Origin: an uncultured Piscirickettsiaceae bacterium
GTDB taxonomy: Bacteria; Pseudomonadota; Gammaproteobacteria; GCF-002020875
Assembly: GCA_964344435.1 (NCBI GenBank)
Contig: CAYFNH010000001.1
Coordinates: forward strand, 5,303-69,302
Direction: 5' to 3'
Length of the DNA: 64,000 bases
The notes beneath the pieces are model-generated. The model searched no databases, was not told the origin of the DNA, and saw nothing but the letters and a program-made list of their open reading frames with translations. Position 1 is the stretch's first letter, and every line of letters begins with the position of its first letter. Position numbers and translations under genes: made by a program. Below, in pieces: positions 53,607 to 63,558 of this stretch.

Positions 53607-55006
53607 AACCCTATATTCTGGTGGTGGATGATGAACCGGAGATCCGCAACACCGTATGCGATATCCTCGAGGACGAGGGGTATGAGGTCGAGACCGCCGA
53701 GGATGGCCAATCCGCACGGCGCAAGCGCCAGAACCGACGTCCCGATCTGATCCTGCTCGACATCTGGATGCCCGATATCGACGGCATCACCCTGCTCAAG
53801 GAGTGGTCCGGAGAAGAGGATGCAGAATCACTGCCCATCATCATGATGTCCGGCCACGGCACTGTGGAGACTGCCGTCGAGGCAACCCGTCTGGGCGCCT
53901 ATGATTTCCTCGAGAAGCCACTCTCGCTGGCCAAGCTGCTGTTGACACTGGGCAATGCCCTCAAGGCCTCCCGCCTGAAGCAGGAGAACCTCTCTCTGCA
54001 GCAGGAGCGACAGACCGCCCTCTCGCTCTCGGAGCCGACCGGAAAAAGTCAGCGTCTGCATGAACTGAAAAACAGTGCCGAGCGGATCGCCCAGCACCCC
54101 ATGGCGATCCTCATTCAGGGCGAGTCCGGTGCCGGCAAGAAGCTGTTTGCACGCTACATTCACCAACACAGTCCCCAACGGGAGGGGCCGTTTGTGGTGG
54201 TCTCCGCCGGCTCGGTCGCCTCGGAAAACACCAACACCGAACTTTTTGGCAGTGAACACGGGGAGCAGATCCACTATGGCCGTCTGGAACAGGCCAACCA
54301 GGGAACCCTGTTTCTGGAGGAGATTGGGGAGATGGCACCCAGCACCCAGTCACGCCTGATGGGGGCACTGGAGGCGGGCAGCTTTCTGCGTGTGGGAGGA
54401 ACGGAGCCAATCCAGCCCCACTTCCGTATCATCGCCTCCACCCAGAAGAATCTGGCCGACGAGGTGAGTGCCGGTAACTTTCGCGAGGATCTCTACTTCC
54501 ACCTTAACGGGGTGCCACTGCACATCCCCCCGCTGCGCGAGCGTCCGGAAGATATTCTCGACCTGCTCAACTACTATGTTGACCACTTCAACCTCCATTT
54601 CAACCTCCCCTATCGCAGCTTCTCCATGGCCGCTCTCAACCTGCTGCGGCAGTACCCCTGGCCCGGCAACGTGCTGGAGCTGAAGAATCTGGTACAGCGC
54701 CTGCTGATCATGGGAGGCGAGGGCGAGATCGAGCAGAGCGAGGTGGCGCCAATGCTTTCGATGCAGATCGGTGCCAACACCACGGATGCCTCCGCCATGA
54801 CTGGCTCTGGTCTCGACCAGGAGCACTTCAATCTTCCACTGAAGGCGGCCCGTGAACGCTTCGAGTATGCCTACTTGATGCATCACCTGCAGGATACCCG
54901 GGGCAATGTCAGCCAGACTGCCGAGCGGGCCGGTGTCGAACGCACCAACCTCTACCGCAAACTGAAAGCACTCAACATCGACCCGAAGAACCTGCCGGAC
55001 TCATAG
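53603..55006 (+). CDS. ntrX: NtrX-type NtrC-family response regulator (REC, AAA+, HTH) lacking the GAFTGA loop
   Basis: REC (ILVVDDEPEIR...DLILLDIWMPDIDG), Walker A GESGAGKKLFARYIH, ESR-type R-finger region and a C-terminal Fis-like HTH. The ELFG...GAFTGA segment reads ELFGSEHGEQIHYGRLEQA. Confidence 0.85.
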   Translation: MKPYILVVDDEPEIRNTVCDILEDEGYEVETAEDGQSARRKRQNRRPDLILLDIWMPDIDGITLLKEWSGEEDAESLPIIMMSGHGTVETAVEATRLGAYDFLEKPLSLAKLLLTLGNALKASRLKQENLSLQQERQTALSLSEPTGKSQRLHELKNSAERIAQHPMAILIQGESGAGKKLFARYIHQHSPQREGPFVVVSAGSVASENTNTELFGSEHGEQIHYGRLEQANQGTLFLEEIGEMAPSTQSRLMGALEAGSFLRVGGTEPIQPHFRIIASTQKNLADEVSAGNFREDLYFHLNGVPLHIPPLRERPEDILDLLNYYVDHFNLHFNLPYRSFSMAALNLLRQYPWPGNVLELKNLVQRLLIMGGEGEIEQSEVAPMLSMQIGANTTDASAMTGSGLDQEHFNLPLKAARERFEYAYLMHHLQDTRGNVSQTAERAGVERTNLYRKLKALNIDPKNLPDS

Positions 55007-55008
55007 CC

Positions 55009-56388
55009 ATGAAGATTATCATTCTCGGTGCCGGCTCGGTCGGCTCTTCGGTCGCTGAAAATCTGGCCCTGGAATCCAATGATGTCACCATGATCGACAC
55101 CGATGCCGAACAGCTCCATGCGCTTCAGGACCGGCTCGATATCCGCACCATCATTGGCCATGCATCCCACCCGGATATTCTGCAGCAGGCGGGCGCCGCC
55201 GAGGCCGACATGCTGCTGGCCGTAACCGACAGTGACGAGGTCAACATGGTGGCCTGTCAGATGGCCGCCACCCTCTTCAACACCCCCAACAAGATCGCCC
55301 GGGTACGGGCACTCGCCTATCTCAACCGCAAGGAGCTGCTGCAGCAGGACCAGGCGATGGTCGATATGTTCATCAGCCCGGAGCAAGTGGTAACCGACTA
55401 CATCCAGAAGCTGCTGCAACGCCCCGGTTCACTACAGGTGCTCGACTTTGCCGATGGCAAGGTGCAGCTGGTCACGGTTCGAGCCTACTACGGCGGACCA
55501 CTGGTGGGGCATGAACTCAAGACCATTCGCGAGCATATGCCCGATATCGACATGCGCTTTGCCGCCATCTTCCGCAAGGGGCGCCCAATCATCCCCAAAC
55601 GGGAGACCATCATCGAAGTCGATGACGAGGTTCACTTCATCAGTGCACGCGAGAATATCGGCCAGGTGATGCGTGAGCTGCGTCGGGCCGATCGCCCCTA
55701 CCGCACCATCATGATTGCCGGTGGCGGTCACATTGGTACCAGTCTGGCGCACGCCATCGAGGCGGATCACGATGTCAAAATCATCGAACGTGACGCCAAA
55801 AATGCCCAACGCCTCTCGGAGCAACTACAGAACACCATCGTGCTGCTGGGCGATGCCGCCAACAAGGAGCTGTTACTGGAGGAGAATATCGAGGATATCG
55901 ATGTCTTCATTGCGGTCACCAGTGATGATGAGGCCAATATTCTCTCCTCCATGCTGGCCAAACGGCTCGGTGCCCACAAGGTGATGACCCTGATCAACAA
56001 CCCCGCCTATGCCAACTTGGTGGAGAGCGACATCATCGATGTTGCCATCTCTCCGCAACAGGTGACCATCAGCTCGCTGCTGGCACGGGTACGCCAGGGA
56101 GATGTGGTGGTGGCCCACTCTCTGCGCCGGGGTGCAGCAGAGGCGACCGAGGCGATTGTTCACGCCGACTCCAAGGTGGTCGGCAAGACCATCGACAAGA
56201 TCAAGATGCCACGAGGCACCTCGATTGGTGCCATCGTGCGCAACGAGGCGGTACTGATCGCCCACCACGACACCGTAATCCGGCCGGATGACCACCTGAT
56301 CCTCTTCCTGATCGACAAGAGTCGTATCCACGAGGTGGAGAAGCTGTTCCAGCCTGCAACCAAGAAATTCTCCCTGTTTTCCAACTAG
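55009..56388 (+). CDS. trkA: Trk potassium uptake system NAD-binding subunit
   Basis: MKIIILGAGSVGSSVAENLA... Two tandem RCK/KTN Rossmann halves (second: IMIAGGGHIGTSLA). Confidence 0.93.
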   Translation: MKIIILGAGSVGSSVAENLALESNDVTMIDTDAEQLHALQDRLDIRTIIGHASHPDILQQAGAAEADMLLAVTDSDEVNMVACQMAATLFNTPNKIARVRALAYLNRKELLQQDQAMVDMFISPEQVVTDYIQKLLQRPGSLQVLDFADGKVQLVTVRAYYGGPLVGHELKTIREHMPDIDMRFAAIFRKGRPIIPKRETIIEVDDEVHFISARENIGQVMRELRRADRPYRTIMIAGGGHIGTSLAHAIEADHDVKIIERDAKNAQRLSEQLQNTIVLLGDAANKELLLEENIEDIDVFIAVTSDDEANILSSMLAKRLGAHKVMTLINNPAYANLVESDIIDVAISPQQVTISSLLARVRQGDVVVAHSLRRGAAEATEAIVHADSKVVGKTIDKIKMPRGTSIGAIVRNEAVLIAHHDTVIRPDDHLILFLIDKSRIHEVEKLFQPATKKFSLFSN

Positions 56389-56390
56389 AG

Positions 56391-57842
56391 ATGCAGCCAC
56401 AGGTTATCCAACGGGTTCTCGGCCTGCTACTGATGATCTTCAGTCTCAGTATGGTGCCTCCGGCCGTGGTCTCGCTGCTCTACCAGGATGGAGCCCTGTT
56501 TCCGTTTCTGCTGTCGATGGCGATCACCTTCATCTCCGGTCTGATCATCTGGCATCCGGTTCGGGCCATACGCAAGGAGCTGCGCATACGGGACGGGTTT
56601 CTGGTCGTGGTGCTGTTCTGGGTGGTGCTTGGAATCTCGGGCGCACTCCCCTTTGCACTCGGAACCACCCCGCACATGAGCGTGGTCGACGCTCTGTTTG
56701 AATCTCTCTCCGGCCTCACCACCACCGGTGCCACCGTAATCACCGGAATTGATCAGCTACCCAAATCCATCCTCTACTACCGCCAGCAGCTGCAGTGGCT
56801 GGGCGGCATGGGGATCATCGTCCTCGCCGTGGCCATTCTGCCAATGCTCGGGATTGGTGGCATGCAGCTCTATCGGGCGGAGACCCCGGGGCCGATCAAG
56901 GACAACAAACTCACTCCCCGCATCACCGAGACCGCCAAGGCGCTCTGGTACATCTACCTGGGGCTGACCCTTCTCTGTGGCCTGGCCTACTGGGCCGCCG
57001 GCATGAGTCCATTCGATGCGCTTTCACACAGTTTTTCGACCGTTGCCATCGGTGGCTTCTCCACCCATGACGCCAGTCTGGGCTGGTTTGACAGCCCCCT
57101 GATCGAGGCCATTGCGATCTTCTTCATGCTGCTCTCCGGTATCAACTTCTCACTCCACTTTGTCGCCTTCAGCCGCCTCACCCTCTCCCCCTATCGCAAG
57201 GATGCGGAGTTGCGCACCTATCTGCTGACCCTGGCAATCTCCGCCGCCGTCACCGTACTGTTCCTGCTCTTTTACGGTACCTTTTCCAACCCTGCAGAAT
57301 CATTGCGTCACGGAGTGTTTCAGGCGGTCTCCATCGCCACCACTACCGGCTTCACCACCACACCCCACTATCTCTGGCCCAGCTTCCTGCCAATATTGCT
57401 ACTCTTCACCAGCTTTATCGGTGGCTGTGCCGGCTCCACGGCCGGGGGGATGAAGGTAATCCGCTTTCTGATGCTGTTTCGCCAGGGGGTTCGCGAGATC
57501 ACCCGCCTGATCCACCCCAATGCCCAGATTCTGGTCAAGATTGGCAACAAACCCCTTCCAGAGAAGGTGATCTCTGCGGTGTGGGGCTTCTTTTCGCTCT
57601 ATGTTGCAAGCTTCAGCATCATGCTGCTACTACTGATGGCAACCGGCCTTGACCAGGTAACCGCGTTCTCGGCACTGGCCGCCTGCATGAACAACCTGGG
57701 GCCGGGGCTGGGAGATGTAGGGGCCCACTATGGTGATATCAATGCCGTTGCCAAGACCATCCTCAGCTTTGCCATGTTGGTGGGGCGACTGGAGGTATTC
57801 AGCATACTGGTGTTATTCTCCCCGGCATTCTGGAAAAGATAA
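56391..57842 (+). CDS. trkH: Trk potassium uptake system membrane subunit
   Basis: The 483-aa polytopic membrane protein lies immediately after trkA. Confidence 0.9.
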   Translation: MQPQVIQRVLGLLLMIFSLSMVPPAVVSLLYQDGALFPFLLSMAITFISGLIIWHPVRAIRKELRIRDGFLVVVLFWVVLGISGALPFALGTTPHMSVVDALFESLSGLTTTGATVITGIDQLPKSILYYRQQLQWLGGMGIIVLAVAILPMLGIGGMQLYRAETPGPIKDNKLTPRITETAKALWYIYLGLTLLCGLAYWAAGMSPFDALSHSFSTVAIGGFSTHDASLGWFDSPLIEAIAIFFMLLSGINFSLHFVAFSRLTLSPYRKDAELRTYLLTLAISAAVTVLFLLFYGTFSNPAESLRHGVFQAVSIATTTGFTTTPHYLWPSFLPILLLFTSFIGGCAGSTAGGMKVIRFLMLFRQGVREITRLIHPNAQILVKIGNKPLPEKVISAVWGFFSLYVASFSIMLLLLMATGLDQVTAFSALAACMNNLGPGLGDVGAHYGDINAVAKTILSFAMLVGRLEVFSILVLFSPAFWKR

Positions 57843-58039
57843 TCCGTATCTGTTCAGCTTACCCCTGAAATCCACCATCTCTACGTTCAAAAATGGTCAT
57901 GTATACGTATACACTCACATTTTTTGCCTTGATATGATGGATTTCAGGGACAATCTGAATCAGATACAAGCCCCCGTGAAGTTACAACAATTCTAGGATA
58001 GATGGCCATGATGAGCACAAACCGGAGTTCAAAGCAATT

Positions 58040-58666
58040 ATGAGTGATGGCACCTTATTTATCATTTCTGCCCCCTCCGGGGCCGGCAAATCGAGCCTGC
58101 TGCATGCAGCGCTGATCGAGAGCCGTGACAACCTGCAGCTCTCGGTCTCTCACACCACCCGTCCCCCACGCCCCGGCGAGGAGGATGGACTGCATTACCA
58201 CTTCACCACTGTCGAGCAATTCGAACAGGAGATCGAGAGCGATCAGTTTCTGGAGTATGCCAAGGTATTTGACAACTACTATGGCACCTCCGCCACCTGG
58301 GTGCGCGAAACCCTGCGCTTTGGCAAGGATGTCATTCTGGAGATCGACTGGCAGGGGGCACGGCTGGTACGCGAAAAGATTCCGGGCTCGGTCTCCATCT
58401 TCATTGCCCCTCCATCTCTGACCACCCTGAGGGAGCGTCTGCACAACCGTGGTCAGGACAGCGATGAGGTGATTGAGCGTCGCCTGCAGGAGGCTGCCAG
58501 CGATATCACTCACTTTGAGGAGTATGACCACCTGATCATCAATGATGAGTTCGACCACGCCAAGGAGGAGCTGAAGGCGATCTTTCTGGCCAAACGTACC
58601 GAACTGGCCATCCAGCGCCACCTTCACCACGACCTGCTGCAACAAATGGTAGCGCAAGCCCGCTGA
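58040..58666 (+). CDS. gmk: guanylate kinase
   Basis: LFIISAPSGAGKSSL P-loop, with ...YYGTS.... Confidence 0.95.
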   Translation: MSDGTLFIISAPSGAGKSSLLHAALIESRDNLQLSVSHTTRPPRPGEEDGLHYHFTTVEQFEQEIESDQFLEYAKVFDNYYGTSATWVRETLRFGKDVILEIDWQGARLVREKIPGSVSIFIAPPSLTTLRERLHNRGQDSDEVIERRLQEAASDITHFEEYDHLIINDEFDHAKEELKAIFLAKRTELAIQRHLHHDLLQQMVAQAR

Positions 58667-58741
58667 ATTCTATAGAATTGTCGCCCTTTTGGGGTTGTCC
58701 GTGGGGCAGCCTGTTTGAGACTGATTTGGAGCTAGTGACTG

Positions 58742-59077
58742 ATGGCACGTATCACCGTTGAAGATTGCCTGGACAAGATCGATAACCGCTTTGACATGAC
58801 CCTGATTGCTGCAGAACGCGCACGTCAGATCGCCATGGGTGCAGAACCACTGGTTGAATTTGATAATGACAAGCCCACCGTGATCGCACTGCGGGAGATC
58901 TCCGAAGGACTGATGAGCCGCGAAGTGCTGGACGAGATTGCTGCCAAGGCCAAGGCCGCTGACCTCGCCATGGCTGCCGAAGCAGAGGCACGACGCAGAA
59001 GTGAAGTCAGAATGGATGATGACGAAGAGGCGGAGGGGAACAAAACCGCCGGTAGCGAGGATGAAGAGGCTGCCTGA
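58742..59077 (+). CDS. rpoZ: RNA polymerase omega subunit (with an extended acidic C-terminal tail)
   Basis: [30 protein letters not shown]... The tail is ...[21 protein letters not shown]. Confidence 0.92.
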   Translation: MARITVEDCLDKIDNRFDMTLIAAERARQIAMGAEPLVEFDNDKPTVIALREISEGLMSREVLDEIAAKAKAADLAMAAEAEARRRSEVRMDDDEEAEGNKTAGSEDEEAA

Positions 59078-59098
59078 TAGACTACCGTCCAATCCCCA

Positions 59099-61336
59099 AT
59101 GGCTGCGGTCTTTCTGATCAGTGATCTGCTCCCGCTGCTGGAGCAATATCTTGATCGAGAGCAGGTTCGCAGCATCTACAACGCCTACCTCTACTCGGCA
59201 GAGGCACACAACGGGCAACATCGTAAAACTGGCGAACCCTATATCTACCACCCGATCGAGGTGGCTCGCATTCTTGCCGGGATGCACATCGACCACACCA
59301 CCATCACCGCCGCCATTCTGCATGACGTACTGGAGGATACCGAACACACCAAGCAGGAGCTGAGCGAGCAGTTCGGAGAGGATGTCACCGAACTGGTGGA
59401 TGGTGTCAGCAAGCTGACACGAATCCAGATGGAGAGCCCGCAGCACGCACAGGCGGAAAACTTCCGCAAGATGATGCTGGCCATGACCCGCGATATCCGG
59501 GTCATCCTGATCAAGCTGGCCGACCGCCTCCACAACATGCGCACCCTCTCCGGCATGCCCGCCGAGAAGCGGCGTCGCATCGCCCGCGAAACCCTGGAGA
59601 TCCATGTGCCGATCGCACACCGCCTGGGGATGAGCAAGATTGCCCACGAACTGCGTGAACTGGGCTTCTCCAACCTCTACCCGATGCGTGCACGTATCCT
59701 CAGAGAGGCGGTGCAGCAGGCACGCGGCAACCGCAAGGAGATTCTCGATACCATCGAGGTTGCCATCCGCAGACGATTGCTCGAAACCGAACTCGAGGCC
59801 GAGGTGCAGGGGCGAGAGAAGCACCTCTACAGCCTCTACAAGAAGATGAAGGATCAGCGCCTGCCGTTTCGCGAGATTTACGATGTCTATGCCTTCCGTA
59901 TCATCGTACCGACGGTTGAGGCCTGCTATCAGGCTCTGGGCCTTGTCCACAGTATCTACAAGCCACTGCCGGGTAAGTTCAAGGACTATATCGCCATCCC
60001 CAAGGCCAACGGTTACCAGTCCCTGCACACGATTCTGTTCGGCCCGCATGGGGTACCGGTCGAGATCCAGATCCGTACCCAGGAGATGCACCTGGTCTCC
60101 GAAGAGGGGATTGCGGCACACTGGGACTACAAGCACGACAACCCGGAAAGCAGCAGTGCCGCCAATATCAGCAGTACCGAGAAGCGTGCCCGCCAGTGGC
60201 TGCAGGATCTGCTTGATCTGCAAAAGAACAGTGGCAATTCTCTGGAATTTTTGGAGAGTGTAAAGATCGACCTGTTTCCGGATGAGGTCTACGTCTTCAC
60301 CCCCAAGGGCAAGATCATCGAACTACCACGCGGTGCGACGGTGCTTGATCTGGCCTACCGCATCCATACCGAGATCGGCACCCACGCCACCGCCGCTCGC
60401 ATCAACCGCAAGTCTGCGCCACTCAACACCCAGCTCACCAATGGACAGACCGTGGAGATCATCACCGCAGAGGACAGCTTTCCCCATCCCGGCTGGCTGC
60501 AGTATGTCACCACCGGCAAGGCACGCAGCAATATCCGCAACTACCTGAAGAATCTACAGCAGGAGGAGGCAGCCCAGTTGGGAGAGCGCCTGCTGATGAA
60601 GGCGCTGTCTCGTCGCAACATCTCCAGAAAACGCTTCAAGAAGATGGAGCTGACCCCTTTGCTGGAGCAGCTACAACTGCAGACCATCGAGCAACTCTAT
60701 AATGAGATCGGCATGGGGATCCGCATGGCGGAGCTGGTTGCCGGACTGGTGATTCAGTACGCTATCAAGGGGGGAAGTGTGGAGGAGAATCCCGAAGAGC
60801 CGCTGCAGAAGCGTCGGCGCTGGAACCCGCTATCGATGCTCTCCCCACTGCTCAGGCGTCGCCTGCACCAGCGCCAGCCTGATGGCCGACGTCCACTGAT
60901 GATACGGGGAGCCGAGGGGATGGTGGTTCACTTCTCCAAGTGCTGCCGCCCCATCCCCGGTGACCCCATCATCGGCCACATCAGCTCGGGCAAGGGGTTG
61001 GTGATCCACCGTAGCGACTGCAACAACGGCTCCAACATGCAGAGCAATCCGGAGCAATGGGTCTCGGTGGAGTGGTCGCAAAAGGGGGGGCGCGAGGAGC
61101 TGCCCACCGAGATCAAGGTGGAGGTGGCCAACAAGCGGGGGGTATTGGCTATCATCGCTTCGACCATCTCCGAGATGGACTCCAATATCGACAATGTCGC
61201 CATTGACGATCAGGATGGTCGCACCAACATCATCACCTTTACCCTGCGGGTGAGCGGGCGCAAACATCTCGCCAAGATTATTCGTAACATTCGCAAACTC
61301 AAACCGGTTATCACCATCCAACGGGTCAAGGGGTAA
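59099..61336 (+). CDS. spoT: bifunctional (p)ppGpp synthetase/hydrolase
   Basis: An HD hydrolase motif (HRKTGEPYIYHPIEVARIL...ILHDVLEDT), a synthetase domain, and TGS and ACT domains. It sits in the gmk-rpoZ-spoT-recG context. Confidence 0.92.
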   Translation: MAAVFLISDLLPLLEQYLDREQVRSIYNAYLYSAEAHNGQHRKTGEPYIYHPIEVARILAGMHIDHTTITAAILHDVLEDTEHTKQELSEQFGEDVTELVDGVSKLTRIQMESPQHAQAENFRKMMLAMTRDIRVILIKLADRLHNMRTLSGMPAEKRRRIARETLEIHVPIAHRLGMSKIAHELRELGFSNLYPMRARILREAVQQARGNRKEILDTIEVAIRRRLLETELEAEVQGREKHLYSLYKKMKDQRLPFREIYDVYAFRIIVPTVEACYQALGLVHSIYKPLPGKFKDYIAIPKANGYQSLHTILFGPHGVPVEIQIRTQEMHLVSEEGIAAHWDYKHDNPESSSAANISSTEKRARQWLQDLLDLQKNSGNSLEFLESVKIDLFPDEVYVFTPKGKIIELPRGATVLDLAYRIHTEIGTHATAARINRKSAPLNTQLTNGQTVEIITAEDSFPHPGWLQYVTTGKARSNIRNYLKNLQQEEAAQLGERLLMKALSRRNISRKRFKKMELTPLLEQLQLQTIEQLYNEIGMGIRMAELVAGLVIQYAIKGGSVEENPEEPLQKRRRWNPLSMLSPLLRRRLHQRQPDGRRPLMIRGAEGMVVHFSKCCRPIPGDPIIGHISSGKGLVIHRSDCNNGSNMQSNPEQWVSVEWSQKGGREELPTEIKVEVANKRGVLAIIASTISEMDSNIDNVAIDDQDGRTNIITFTLRVSGRKHLAKIIRNIRKLKPVITIQRVKG

Positions 61337-61340
61337 CCGC

Positions 61341-63386
61341 TTGGCTGCGGTAACCACGCTACGCGGGGTGGGTCCCAAGCTGGCACAACAGCTGGCACGA
61401 CTCAATATCCACCAGGTCTCCGACCTGCTCTTTCACCTCCCACTGCGTTATCAGGATCGCACCACACTCACCCCGATGGCCGCCCTCTGCGTCGGTGAGG
61501 AGCAGCTTACTCAGGGAGTAATTACCGATTGCACGGTTCGCTTCGGCAGGCGTCGCTCCCTGCTTTGTACGCTCGAAGATGGCGCCGAAAGCCTCACCAT
61601 CCGTCTGTTCCATTTCAACAAGGGGCAACAGGCGGCACTGCAGACCGGAGTAACCCTGCGCTGCTTCGGTGAAGTGCGCAGCGGCCCCAATACGCTGGAG
61701 ATGGTACATCCGGAATATCAGCTGATTGACCCCCGTCACCCGCCTCCTCTGGAGCCGGAGCTGACCCCCATCTACCCGACCACCGAAGGGCTGCACCAGA
61801 AGCGACTCCATGCACTGACCACACAGGCTCTCGCAAGGGCTCTGCCAGAGGTTGCAGAGCTGCTGCCGGAATCGCTACGACAGGGGCACCCCTCCCTGCA
61901 GCAGGCGCTGCAGCAGCTGCATCGTCCCTCGACCACCTCCTCCCCGCTGCAACAACAGGCGTTTCGCGAACGCATTGCACTGGAGGAGCTGCTGGCACAC
62001 CATCTGTCGATGCAGACTCTCCGCAGTGAGCAGCGTAGAGAGCACGCACTCCCACTGAAGGTGGATGAACAGCGACTTGAGCAGTTTATCAAACAGCTTC
62101 CCTTCCCCCTGACCCATGCCCAGCAACGGGTAATCGACGAGATTCACCACGACCTGCAACAACCGTGGCCAATGCAGCGGCTACTACAGGGTGATGTAGG
62201 GTCCGGCAAGACGGTGGTTGCTGCCTATGCTGCTCTGCTCTGCCTCGCATCCGGCCATCAGTGCGCCTTGATGGCCCCCACCGAACTACTCGCCCAACAA
62301 CACCACCAGACCCTGCAGAAACTGCTGCAACCCCTCTCCATCGAGGTTGGCCTGCTGACCGGCGCACTCTCCCGCAGTGAACAGAGTCGCTGCAATGAGT
62401 CACTGCAACAAGGTACGCTCTCGCTGGTTGTCGGCACCCATGCCCTGTTTCAGAAAGGGGTAAGCTTTCACTCTCTGGCCTTTGTCATCATCGATGAACA
62501 ACATCGCTTCGGGGTATCCCAGCGCCAGGCACTACAACAGAAGGGGGAGACTCAATCCATCACCCCCCATCAACTGATCATGACGGCCACCCCGATCCCA
62601 CGTACCCTGGCAATGACCTTCTACGCAGATCTGGACAGCAGCGTGATTGATGAGCTGCCGCCGGGCCGTACCCCGGTTCAGACCGTCACCATCCCCGAGA
62701 GCCGGAGAGTGGAGGTGATCGAGCGGGTGCACCACAACTGCAAGGCAGGGCATCAGGCCTACTGGGTCTGCCCACTGATTGAAGAATCCGAGCAGCTCCA
62801 GTGTCAGGCCGCCACCGAACATGCCGAGGCCTTGCGCAGTCAACTGCCTGAACTGAATATTGGTCTGGTGCATGGTCGCCTCTCCAGCAGCGAAAAGGCA
62901 GAGGAGATGGCACGCTTTCAACGTGGCGAAAGCCAGATCCTGGTCGCCACTACCGTGATCGAGGTGGGGGTCGACGTACCCAATGCCAGCTTGATGATCA
63001 TCGAAAATGCAGAGCGCCTCGGGCTGGCACAGCTCCATCAGCTGCGTGGGCGGGTCGGCCGGGGCAGTGCATCGAGCAGCTGTGTGCTACTGTATCAGTC
63101 TCCTCTGAGCCGGGTCGCAAAGGAGCGTCTGCAGACCCTCCGCCACAGCAACGATGGCTTCGAGATTGCCCGCAAAGACCTGGAGATGCGTGGTCCCGGC
63201 GAGCTGCTGGGCAAACGCCAGACCGGGATACCACAACTGCGCATTGCCGATCTCAGCCGGGATCAGCTGCTGATCCCACAGATCGAGCAGATTGCCCCCA
63301 CCCTGATCGAGAATCACCCCGAGCTGGTAGGGCAGTTGATTGAGCGCTGGATTCCACACGCTGAGCAGTTTCGCTCAATCGGGTAG
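61341..63386 (+). CDS. recG: ATP-dependent DNA helicase RecG
   Basis: A wedge domain, Walker A GDVGSGKT and the DEQHRFG box. The TTG start is 5 nt after the spoT stop. Confidence 0.9.
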   Translation: MAAVTTLRGVGPKLAQQLARLNIHQVSDLLFHLPLRYQDRTTLTPMAALCVGEEQLTQGVITDCTVRFGRRRSLLCTLEDGAESLTIRLFHFNKGQQAALQTGVTLRCFGEVRSGPNTLEMVHPEYQLIDPRHPPPLEPELTPIYPTTEGLHQKRLHALTTQALARALPEVAELLPESLRQGHPSLQQALQQLHRPSTTSSPLQQQAFRERIALEELLAHHLSMQTLRSEQRREHALPLKVDEQRLEQFIKQLPFPLTHAQQRVIDEIHHDLQQPWPMQRLLQGDVGSGKTVVAAYAALLCLASGHQCALMAPTELLAQQHHQTLQKLLQPLSIEVGLLTGALSRSEQSRCNESLQQGTLSLVVGTHALFQKGVSFHSLAFVIIDEQHRFGVSQRQALQQKGETQSITPHQLIMTATPIPRTLAMTFYADLDSSVIDELPPGRTPVQTVTIPESRRVEVIERVHHNCKAGHQAYWVCPLIEESEQLQCQAATEHAEALRSQLPELNIGLVHGRLSSSEKAEEMARFQRGESQILVATTVIEVGVDVPNASLMIIENAERLGLAQLHQLRGRVGRGSASSSCVLLYQSPLSRVAKERLQTLRHSNDGFEIARKDLEMRGPGELLGKRQTGIPQLRIADLSRDQLLIPQIEQIAPTLIENHPELVGQLIERWIPHAEQFRSIG

Positions 63387-63558
63387 CTGTTGGCAGGCTG
63401 TGAATATAAGGAATCCCTGACTCTACTGCGGCACGTAGCTTGTATGCCAACCACTGCCTGTATTGATTTCTGATAAGATGCAGACATACTCCTGAGCAGG
63501 TACCCCCAACTTCAGGCCCTCCCACTTCCAAGATGTTCATTGACTGAGTAGATAGAGA

